Source: Phycisphaera mikurensis NBRC 102666 (lineage in GTDB: Bacteria; Planctomycetota; Phycisphaerae; Phycisphaerales; Phycisphaeraceae). From it: 32,000 bases of DNA. Below are positions 15,846 to 22,913 of this stretch, one piece after another. The notes under the pieces were generated by a model. It ran no database searches. It was given only the letters and a program-made list of their open reading frames with translations, and was not told the DNA's origin. Numbering within the stretch: the stretch's first letter is position 1; each line of letters begins with the position of its first letter. The stretch covers positions 840,001 to 872,000 of the forward strand of contig NC_017080.1 of the NCBI RefSeq assembly GCF_000284115.1, read 5' to 3'. A program made the translations under genes and the position numbers.

Positions 15846-17494
15846 ATCACCGGCCGGCCGTCGCGGATCGTCCACCGCATCGGCGTGCCGTGCAGCGGGT
15901 CGAGCGGGATCTCGTGGAGGTACGCGGGCACCAGCTTGGCGTAGCCGGTGGAAGGTTCCGGAAAGCTCCCGGTGGCGAGGCGGTGGCGGTGGAGGGCGAG
16001 GGCGAGGAGGGCGGCGTCGCGGCGGGCGTCGCTCTCGAAGGCATCGCGGCGGGTCGCATCGAGGGCCGGGAGCAGCTGGGTCACCATGCCGTAGCGCATC
16101 GCTCCGAGGGGGCCGTCGACCGCCGCGTCGAGGGCCGCCGGCGTGGGCAGTTCCCACGCCTGGTGCAGGGGGACGCGGAAGCCGGCCGCGGCCGCGTCCA
16201 TGGCATCCCGGTGCACCGCGGCAAGATCGGAGCGGGAGGCCGAAACCAGCAGCGCCAGCGGCAGCAGGGAGGCTTCCACCGGGTTGCTGTCGGTGACGCC
16301 GGATCCGGGCAGCGAGCCTGCCGCACCGAGCATCGTCGCGAAACCGCGGACGCCCTCGGGGGTGATCCGGCCGCCGCCGCGGCCGTCGTCGGTGAACATC
16401 CGCTGGAGCAGGTCCTCGAATATCAGCCGCTCGCCGAGCAGGGCCTCGTCTGTCACCGGCCTCGGGCGGTCGCGGACCCTTTCCTGGAGGCGCCGCAGCT
16501 CGAAGCGGCTGAACAGCTCTGGATCCAGCGTGAGGGCCTCGGCCAGCAGCCCATCCGCCTTGGCCTGCACGCTCGAGGCGACCAGTGCGTTGATCAGCGT
16601 CGGGTGCTCCAGCGCCCAGTTGGCCAGGCGGAGCAGGCCCGCAGAGGCGGCCGCGGTTCCCGCGGCGTCGCCCGCCGCGGCGGCGTGGACGCCCCGGGCC
16701 CGCAGCACCCCGGCGGCGTTGCGGAGCTGGTGGAGGTGGTCGAGGCGGACCTCCATGAGCGACGACAGCGGAGCGACGCCGCCTGCGGCGTCCGCATCGC
16801 CGGGCGGACGCGCGAGCGAGGCCTCCCATCCCAATGCGGGCCGGGCGAGCGCCGCGTCGAGCGTGTCGAGCGGGTCCGCGTGCTCGTTGAGGAAGCCGAT
16901 CAGCGACGGCCACGCCGAGTCGCCGGGGCTCGCGTCCAGCGGCGGCCCGCCGCGCGTCGGAAGGTCCAGATTGCTCATGGCTTCCTGCAGCAGCGGCCAC
17001 GCCCGCTCCCGGTCCGGCACCGCCGCCGCGACCGCGTTGAGCCGGGCGAGGTGGTCGACGCTCACCCGCGGCTCGCCGCTGTAGAAGCGGATCGCGAGGA
17101 CGGCGTAGAAGACGGCGAAGGCCCCGAGGGCCCACCAGACGCAGGTCTTGAGCTTCGAGAGAAAACCGCGGTTGCGCTTCTTCGCGCGGCGGATGAGCTT
17201 CGCGGCGACGGCGGGGTCGCCGAAATCGTGTTGCGCCTCGGCGGGGTTTACACCTTGCCGGTCGGCGTCGTGGAAGTGGGCGATCAGCTCGTCGGCGACG
17301 GCGAGCTTCTCCTTGGGGCGGAGCTTCGTCGCTCGCACGGTCGCGAGGACGAGGTCGCGGCTGGCGGTGGCCAGGCCGGAGGCTTCGACGCGGCGGGTCC
17401 ACTCCGATCGGCGGAAGAATCCGCGGACCGTGGCGGATTCGGGCTGATTCGCCTCGCGGTCCGCGGGTTCTTCGGCGGGGGTGTCGGCGCTCAC
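15710..17494 (-). CDS. PadR-associated single-pass membrane protein (HAAS/DUF1700-like cytoplasmic N-terminus, large periplasmic domain)
   Basis: I take the start as GTG 17494, which overlaps the PadR stop (GTGA). The N-terminal helix 'KEKLAVADELIAHFHDADRQGVNPAEAQHDFGDPAVAAKLIRRAKK' is followed by a TM helix (CVWWALGAFAVFYAVLAIRF). A ~450-aa Ala/Leu-rich domain ends in 'IYGLGADGDDDGG...DGDWIAWPPGG'. The upstream part of the track ORF (to 17875) overlaps PadR out of frame. Confidence 0.65.
   Translation of the reverse strand: MSADTPAEEPADREANQPESATVRGFFRRSEWTRRVEASGLATASRDLVLATVRATKLRPKEKLAVADELIAHFHDADRQGVNPAEAQHDFGDPAVAAKLIRRAKKRNRGFLSKLKTCVWWALGAFAVFYAVLAIRFYSGEPRVSVDHLARLNAVAAAVPDRERAWPLLQEAMSNLDLPTRGGPPLDASPGDSAWPSLIGFLNEHADPLDTLDAALARPALGWEASLARPPGDADAAGGVAPLSSLMEVRLDHLHQLRNAAGVLRARGVHAAAAGDAAGTAAASAGLLRLANWALEHPTLINALVASSVQAKADGLLAEALTLDPELFSRFELRRLQERVRDRPRPVTDEALLGERLIFEDLLQRMFTDDGRGGGRITPEGVRGFATMLGAAGSLPGSGVTDSNPVEASLLPLALLVSASRSDLAAVHRDAMDAAAAGFRVPLHQAWELPTPAALDAAVDGPLGAMRYGMVTQLLPALDATRRDAFESDARRDAALLALALHRHRLATGSFPEPSTGYAKLVPAYLHEIPLDPLHGTPMRWTIRDGRPVIYGLGADGDDDGGVLPTEEAGGNRAAFAPPEEAVDGDWIAWPPGG
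17421..17466. repeat. Copy 6 of the 10-26-10 inverted-repeat element
   Basis: CCGCGGACCG at 17421-17430 and CGGTCCGCGG at 17457-17466, 26-nt spacer. The extended right arm is TCGCGGTCCGCGG (17454-17466). It lies 28-73 nt downstream of the proposed GTG start of the HAAS-type gene. Confidence 0.9.
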
Positions 17495-17838
17495 GCCGCA
17501 CCTCCGGGTCGGGGGCCCGTGACGCCGAGCGCCGCCATCGCGGCGGTCACGGTCTCCCACTGCTTCTGCTGCTTGGCCAGTTCCCGCTTGCCTCTGGCGG
17601 TGAGGCGGTAGTAGCGGCGGGGCCGAGTGCCGGCGGTGTCGGTGCGGCCGGCGATGAGCTTCTTTGCCTCGAGGTTGTAGAGCAGCGGGTAGAGCGTGCT
17701 CTGGCCCATCGTGAGCAGGCCCTCGCTCTGGTTCGCCAGCCGCTGGACCAGCTCGTAGCCGTAGCGCTCGCCGGGCTCCAGCAGCTTCAAGACGGCGGCG
17801 GGGCCGGCGCCCCGCATCAACTCGCGTTCGATTCTCAT
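17491..17838 (-). CDS. PadR-family transcriptional regulator
   Basis: 'LKLLEPGERYGYELVQRLANQSEGLLTMGQSTLYPLLYNLEAKKLIAGR......RRYYRLTARGKREL' is the PadR winged-helix pattern. I prefer ATG at 17838 (115 aa). The track start at 17856 is a TTG. Confidence 0.88.
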   Translation of the reverse strand: MRIERELMRGAGPAAVLKLLEPGERYGYELVQRLANQSEGLLTMGQSTLYPLLYNLEAKKLIAGRTDTAGTRPRRYYRLTARGKRELAKQQKQWETVTAAMAALGVTGPRPGGAA

Positions 17839-17850
17839 GGCTGCATCCGG

Positions 17851-17875
17851 TGACAAGGTATGTCAAGCATAGCAT
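17851..17875 (-). promoter_or_regulatory. Candidate PadR auto-operator / promoter region
   Basis: Two overlapping dyads lie 13-37 nt upstream of the PadR ATG. One is TGACA-N5-TGTCA (17851-17865). The other is ATGT-N8-GCAT (17860-17875), one mismatch from the ATGT-N8-ACAT dyad reported for PadR-family operators. The minus strand also contains a perfect TTGACA hexamer. This is a locally AT-rich island. Confidence 0.35.
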
Positions 17876-17930
17876 GAGCCCCGGCCCGCGTCGGCCGCGT
17901 CGCGACGCGACGCGCCTTGCGTGGCGGGGC

Positions 17931-20900
17931 TTAGCCGCGCCAGGCGGCGCGTGCGTCGGCGACGGGCAGCGTGGTGCCGCCGAGGGTGATCCGGCCGTCG
18001 CGGGTCGTCACGCCCAAGCGGCGGACGCGGACGCCGGCGGCGTCGATCAGGTCGGCGTCGGCCTCGGCCACCTCCAGCACGTAGCGCGACGCCGCCTCGC
18101 CGAAGAGCGCGACGATCCCGCCGTCGGGCAGGTCGGCGCCGAGCCCGCGGTCACCGCCGGCGCCCAAGAGCATCTCGGCCACCGCGACCGCGACGCCGCC
18201 CTCGCTGGCGTCGTGCGCGGCCCGCACCCTGCCGGTCGCGATCGCGGCGGCGACGGCGAGCGCGACGCGGTGGCCGGCCTCGGGATCGCACGGGGGGATC
18301 GGGCCGAGCGTGTCGCCGGCGAGGTCGAGGGCCTCCGCGAGGTGCGTCCCGGCGAGCGGCGCGACCTCGGGTTCGGCGGCTTCGGGCTCCACCAGCAGCA
18401 GCACGTTCCCCGCTTCCTTCGCGTCCGTCGTGACGGCATGCCGCACGTCGGCCATCAGCGAGAGGGCGGTGACCAGCAGCGTCGGCGGGATCGCGATGAG
18501 CTCGCCGTCCTCGGTGGTGAACTGGTTGTGCAGCGAGTCCTTGCCCGAGACGAAGGGCGTGCCGTGGGCGATCGCGCCGTCGTGGCAGGCGACGGCGGCG
18601 CGGACGAGCGAGCCCATCGAGTCCGGATCGTCGCAGCTGGGCCAGCAGAAGTTGTCGAGGATCGCCGTGCGGCCGGGGTCGCCGCCGGTGCAGACGACGT
18701 TGCGGACGGCCTCGTCGATGGCGTGCAGGGTGGCGGTGTAGCTGTCGCCGCCGGGCGTCTTCTCGCTGTACCAGGGCGCCACCCCGCAGCCGATCGCGAA
18801 GCCGGCGTGCGCGTCCGGCTTCGCCCGGATGACCGCCGCGTCGCTGTGGCCCTCGCCGACGGGGCCGGTCAGCGGCTTCACGACGGTTCGCGCCTGCACC
18901 TCGTGGTCGTACTGGCGGACGGTGCGGTGCTTGCTGGCGATGTTGGGGTGGGCGAGCAGCTTCAGCAGCGTGTCGGTGGGGTCGACACCACGCAGCGCCG
19001 CGGCCTGCCGGTCCGCCGTGCCGGCGGGCGTCGTTGGCGGGGCGGTCCAGCTCGCCCCGCGGTTGATCGACGGCACGCCGTCGTGCAGCAGCGACATTGG
19101 CAGCTCGCCGACGGGCATGTCGCCCCAGGACAGGCGGAGCAGCGGAGCGTTTCCTTCGTCGAGCAGGCCGAACGCGCCGAGGTCCGACAACTCCACGCCC
19201 TCCTCGTCGGCGAGCGCTTGCAATGCAGCGACCTTCTCCGGCGGCACCGAGAGAACCATCCGCTCCTGCGCTTCGGAGATCCAGACCTCGACCGGCGACA
19301 TGCCGGCGTACTTCGTCGGGGCGTTGGAGAGGTCGACGTGGCAACCGACCTTCTCGCCCATCTCGCCGATGGCCGAGGAGAACCCGCCGGCGCCGCAGTC
19401 GGTGATGGCGGAGAACAGAGGTCCGCCTTCGGCATCTCTCGCCCGCAGCAAGAGGTCCCGCACCTGCTTCTGCGTGATGGGGTTGCCGATCTGCACGGCG
19501 TGGCCGAACTCCTCGGCGTGGGTGTCGGTCAGCTCGGCGGAGCTGAACGTGGCCCCGTGAATGCCGTCGCGGCCGGTGCGGCCGCCCAGGGCGACGATGC
19601 GGTCGCCGGGCTGGACGGCACCGAAGCACTTGTCCAGCGGGATGAGCCCGACGCAGCCGGCGAAGACCAAGGGGTTCGCGACATAGTCGCGGTGGAAGAG
19701 CACCGCGCCGTTGATGGTGGGGATGCCCATCCGGTTGCCGTAGTCGCGGACGCCGGCGGTGATCCGCTCCAAGGTGCGGGCGGGAGCGATGACCCCGGCG
19801 GGCAGCTCGGCCGCGGGGGTGTCGCCGGGAGCCACGGCAAACACATCGGTGTTGCAGAGGGGGTCGGCCACGAGGCCGGTGCCCAGGATGTCGCGGATGC
19901 AGCCGCCGATGCCGGTGGCGGCGCCGCCGTAGGGCTCGATGGCCGAGGGGTGGTTGTGGGTCTCGACCTTGATCGCCACGCCGTGCTGCTCGTCGAGCTT
20001 CACGATGCCGGCGTTGTCGTCGAAGACGCTGACGAGGAAGCCGTCGTCGCGACGCTCGCGGAGGGTGAAGGTGGCCGCGGCGACGGTGCGCTTCAGGAGG
20101 TTGTCGATCTCGATCTCCCCGTCCGCCGTGCGGGAGAAGCCAGCGCGCTCGGCGTCGTCCCGCCCGGAGGAGCCGAAGGCTGCACCGGCGTAGGTCACGC
20201 GGCTCTTGAGCGTCTTGTGGACGCAGTGCTCGCTCCAGGTCTGCGCGATCGTCTCGAGCTCGATGGCCGAGGGCTCGCGGCCGATCCGCTCGAAGTGATG
20301 CTGCACCGCCGCCATCTCCGGGCCGGAGAGGAACAGGTGCGCCGAGCGGGACAGCGTCGCCAGGGCGCCGGCGTCGAGGCCGCGCAGGGGGACTTCGGGG
20401 CGGTCGGGGGCCCGGCCGCCGGGGTGGGCGAAGGCGGCGGGGTGCAGCGGGCGGGTGTGGATCTCCTGCACCACCGGGTTGCCCAGGTGGGCCGCGGCGA
20501 AGGCGGACCAGGCCGCGGGGGGCGGCGCCTCGCCGCGGAAGTCGAAGTCGTAGCGGACGCCGGTGCGGACGCCCGGCGGCTCGCGGAGGCCCAGGAGCGC
20601 GGCGGCCGCCCCGGCGGTGGAGCGTGCGGTGGGGTCCATCACCCCCGGCTTGAAGTGGACCTCCAGCGTGGCGGCTCCGCCGGCGTCGGCCGCGCCCGGC
20701 ACGGCGTGCTCGACCACCGGGTCGGCCAGCAGCCCGCGGGCGAGGCGCTCGAGCGGCTCGTCCGCGAGCTCCGCTTCCAGCAGGTACACCGCCGCGGAGC
20801 GACCGCCGACGATGCCGGCGGCGGGGAACGCGGCCGCCGCGACCCGCCACGCGGCCTCCGCCCGCGGGTCGGGCTCACCACCCGCGGGCCAGACCTCCAC

Positions 20901-20975
20901 GCGGTGGATCCGCGGGAACGCCGCCGGGGCGTCCGCGTCGGCCGGAGGGGGCAGGAGGCCGGAGGAGTCGCTCAT
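17931..20975 (-). CDS. purL: Phosphoribosylformylglycinamidine (FGAM) synthase subunit PurL with two N-terminal PurS-like modules
   Basis: 1014 aa from ATG 20975. PurL blocks are 'ELETIAQTWSEHCVHK', 'VETHNHPSAIEPYGGAATGIGGCIRD', 'GGRTGRDGIHGATFSS' and 'DCGAGGFSSAIGEM'. The N-terminal ~190 aa contain two PurS-like units. Confidence 0.88.
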   Translation of the reverse strand: MSDSSGLLPPPADADAPAAFPRIHRVEVWPAGGEPDPRAEAAWRVAAAAFPAAGIVGGRSAAVYLLEAELADEPLERLARGLLADPVVEHAVPGAADAGGAATLEVHFKPGVMDPTARSTAGAAAALLGLREPPGVRTGVRYDFDFRGEAPPPAAWSAFAAAHLGNPVVQEIHTRPLHPAAFAHPGGRAPDRPEVPLRGLDAGALATLSRSAHLFLSGPEMAAVQHHFERIGREPSAIELETIAQTWSEHCVHKTLKSRVTYAGAAFGSSGRDDAERAGFSRTADGEIEIDNLLKRTVAAATFTLRERRDDGFLVSVFDDNAGIVKLDEQHGVAIKVETHNHPSAIEPYGGAATGIGGCIRDILGTGLVADPLCNTDVFAVAPGDTPAAELPAGVIAPARTLERITAGVRDYGNRMGIPTINGAVLFHRDYVANPLVFAGCVGLIPLDKCFGAVQPGDRIVALGGRTGRDGIHGATFSSAELTDTHAEEFGHAVQIGNPITQKQVRDLLLRARDAEGGPLFSAITDCGAGGFSSAIGEMGEKVGCHVDLSNAPTKYAGMSPVEVWISEAQERMVLSVPPEKVAALQALADEEGVELSDLGAFGLLDEGNAPLLRLSWGDMPVGELPMSLLHDGVPSINRGASWTAPPTTPAGTADRQAAALRGVDPTDTLLKLLAHPNIASKHRTVRQYDHEVQARTVVKPLTGPVGEGHSDAAVIRAKPDAHAGFAIGCGVAPWYSEKTPGGDSYTATLHAIDEAVRNVVCTGGDPGRTAILDNFCWPSCDDPDSMGSLVRAAVACHDGAIAHGTPFVSGKDSLHNQFTTEDGELIAIPPTLLVTALSLMADVRHAVTTDAKEAGNVLLLVEPEAAEPEVAPLAGTHLAEALDLAGDTLGPIPPCDPEAGHRVALAVAAAIATGRVRAAHDASEGGVAVAVAEMLLGAGGDRGLGADLPDGGIVALFGEAASRYVLEVAEADADLIDAAGVRVRRLGVTTRDGRITLGGTTLPVADARAAWRG

Positions 20976-21050
20976 CGCCGGAGGGTAAAGTGGCACCGCC
21001 AGCGAGCCGATCCGGCGGCCGCCGGCGGGCACCCCGGAGCCAGACCCCCG

Positions 21051-21419
21051 ATGCGGCCTTCACGTGCGATGCAGCCAAGCAGCGGCCTGGGCCGCGTCGA
21101 CGAGGCCCTCCTGGAGGGCAAAGCCTGGTGGTGCCCCTGGCTGGCGATCTTCTCCGCCTGCGCGGCGGCGTCGGTCACGCTCTTTGTCCCGGCGATCCGG
21201 TCGCCGTGGATCCTCGCGGTGTTCCCGCCGCTGCTCGTCGGCGCGGTGGGCGGCTGGCGCGGCGTCTTCCACGGGAATGCCCCGCAGAAGGTCGCCAGCG
21301 TCTTGGGCATCTTGATGATCCTCGGGCTCTCCGCCGTCCTCGTGCAGGCCTTCTTCGCGGTGGAGCTGGGCCAGGGCATCTCGTCCGCCACGTCGACCAC
21401 CGGCATCACGGACTACTGA
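21051..21419 (+). CDS. Small 3-TM membrane protein, unknown function
   Basis: This is the last ~120 codons of the 1189-aa track ORF (the remainder is antisense to purL). ATG codons lie at 21051 and 21069. It has three hydrophobic helices (WLAIFSACAAASVTLFV; ILAVFPPLLVGAVGGW; VLGILMILGLSAVLVQAFF) and high GC3. Confidence 0.55.
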   Translation: MRPSRAMQPSSGLGRVDEALLEGKAWWCPWLAIFSACAAASVTLFVPAIRSPWILAVFPPLLVGAVGGWRGVFHGNAPQKVASVLGILMILGLSAVLVQAFFAVELGQGISSATSTTGITDY

Positions 21420-21421
21420 GC

Positions 21422-21454
21422 GGCGGTCCGACGCCGGTCCAACGCCGGTTCAGC
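21422..21454 (+). repeat. Three tandem 11-nt direct repeats (GGCGGTCCGAC / GCCGGTCCAAC / GCCGGTTCAGC)
   Basis: Read directly. The period is 11 nt (about one helical turn). It lies in the spacer between the small membrane protein stop (21419) and the TPR lipoprotein gene. Confidence 0.6.
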
Positions 21455-21566
21455 GTCGACCGCGCCGGGCCGCGGAGGCGAGCGAACCCCCGGCCGCGGC
21501 CGGAGGTACGATCCCGACGCCCCCGGCCGTAGGCGGCAGCTTGTTCCCCGCGTGATTGATCGCGTC

Positions 21567-22625
21567 ATGTTTCTTCCTTCCGGACGCCGTCGGCTTCGCT
21601 TCCCCCATCCCGCTCGCAGCGCCGCCGCGGCGCTCGCGGTCGCCGCGGCGTTCCTGCTGCTGCCCGGCTGCGCCGCCGGCGGCGGCAGCGGCGGCGGCGG
21701 GGTCGCGCCCGCCGGCCGCGCCGCCCCGCCCGAGGCGGTGGCCCGGGCCGACCGCCACGTGGGCGTGGCCGAGACGCTGGCCGAGGAGGGCAAGCTCGAC
21801 GCGGCCCTCGCCGAGTTCGGCGCCGCGCTCGAGGACAACCCTCTCATGGTCGAGGCGCACCTGGGCATGGGCGGCGTCTACCACGAGATGGACGAGCCCC
21901 AGCAGGCGGCGCGGGCGTACGAGCGTGCCGCCGCCATCGACCCCGACAACGCCGAGGCCCGCTACCGCGAGGGGCTGATGCGGCAGGTGCTCGGCGAGCT
22001 GCCCCGTGCCATCGGCCTCTACCTCGAGGCCCTCGCGATCGAGCCGGACAAGCCCGAGGCCAACCGCGACCTCGCCTCGGCCTACGTCCAGGCGGACCGG
22101 CCGGATTACGCGCTGCCCTACGCCGAGCGGGCGGTCGAGCTTTCGCCCGACGAGCAGGCCGCCTGGGCGAACCTCGCCGCGGTGCAAAACCTCCTCGGAA
22201 ACCACCCCGAGGCGCTGGGGTCCTACCGCACCGCGACCGAGCTCGGCCCGCTCGATGACCGCGTGCTGCTGGGACTCGCGAGCACGCACCTGAAGCTGGG
22301 CAACTTCCAGCGGGCCAGCAACACGCTGCAATCGGTCGTGCGGACCCGCCCGTCGGCGACCGCGTACGAGCGGCTGGGCTACGCCGAGTTCAAGCGCCGC
22401 AATTTCTCGGACGCGCTGGAGCACTACCGCGCCGCGCTCGCCCTCGACGGCAACGAAATCGGCGCCCTCAACGGCCTCGGGGCGGTGCTGGTGACGTACT
22501 ACATCCAGGGCGGTCGCAACGAGCGGGAGCAGATCGACGAGGCCATGGAGGCGTGGCGGCACTCGATCCGGCTGCGCCCGCAGCAGAGCGCGATCGTGGA
22601 CCTCTTGGCTCGCTACCGCCGCTGA
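21567..22625 (+). CDS. TPR-repeat lipoprotein
   Basis: The signal peptide has a lipobox (AAAFLLLPG-C). Multiple TPR units follow (e.g. 'AEARYREGLMRQVLGELPRAIGLYLEALAIEPDKPEA'). I prefer ATG 21567 over the GTG track start at 21552. Confidence 0.8.
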   Translation: MFLPSGRRRLRFPHPARSAAAALAVAAAFLLLPGCAAGGGSGGGGVAPAGRAAPPEAVARADRHVGVAETLAEEGKLDAALAEFGAALEDNPLMVEAHLGMGGVYHEMDEPQQAARAYERAAAIDPDNAEARYREGLMRQVLGELPRAIGLYLEALAIEPDKPEANRDLASAYVQADRPDYALPYAERAVELSPDEQAAWANLAAVQNLLGNHPEALGSYRTATELGPLDDRVLLGLASTHLKLGNFQRASNTLQSVVRTRPSATAYERLGYAEFKRRNFSDALEHYRAALALDGNEIGALNGLGAVLVTYYIQGGRNEREQIDEAMEAWRHSIRLRPQQSAIVDLLARYRR

Positions 22626-22913
22626 GGGACCCGCCGGGCGGCGCGGCAGGACGCGCGGGCTTCCGGGGCGGACGGTGCGGGGCCGCGGCGGTCGCGTGCG
22701 CGGGCTCGCGGCGGCGAGCCGGCTGCCGACGCCGCGGGTCGGATCCAGATCCGGCGGCGTCAAGGCCGGGTGGCGGAGGCCCGTCGCTCGGGCATCGGGG
22801 GACTCCTCACGCGTGGAAATGTCGTCACAGCCGTTAATCGGGCGGGCGGATCGGCCGATGGCCGCGGCAGCGGTTGCGGGGGTCCGCACGCCGTCCCGCC
22901 CCTCACCGACGCG

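Noticed and set aside
230-17466. Whether the 10-26-10 elements could be a CRISPR array or integron attC sites
   Set aside because: The repeats are inverted rather than direct. They are dispersed over 17 kb rather than arrayed, and each unit contains a single 'spacer'. No cas or intI genes are present, and the arms do not match the attC R'/R'' (GTTRRRY) cores.
15297-17501. N-terminal ~730 codons of the 1049-aa minus ORF 14352-17501
   Set aside because: The sequence is Arg/Pro-rich junk. It runs out of frame over the PadR-partner gene and antisense over the ACT-domain gene. Only the last 314 codons (DagK-like) are credible.
20985-21000. Sigma-54-like TGGCAC element in the purL / small-membrane-protein divergent region (GTGGCACCGCCAGCGA)
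   Set aside because: The -12 GC dinucleotide is displaced by 2 nt relative to the TGGCACG-N4-TTGC consensus spacing, so this is probably a chance match in GC-rich DNA.
17850-21050. First ~1065 codons of the 1189-aa plus ORF 17850-21419
   Set aside because: It is antisense to purL. Only the terminal ~120 codons, downstream of the purL start, show membrane helices and coding-like GC3.
22770-22913. GTG-initiated N-terminal extension of the TolC-like ORF
   Set aside because: Its 48 codons have only ~75% G/C at the third position, against ~90% in neighbouring genes. The sequence precedes a good lipoprotein signal peptide that starts at ATG 22914.
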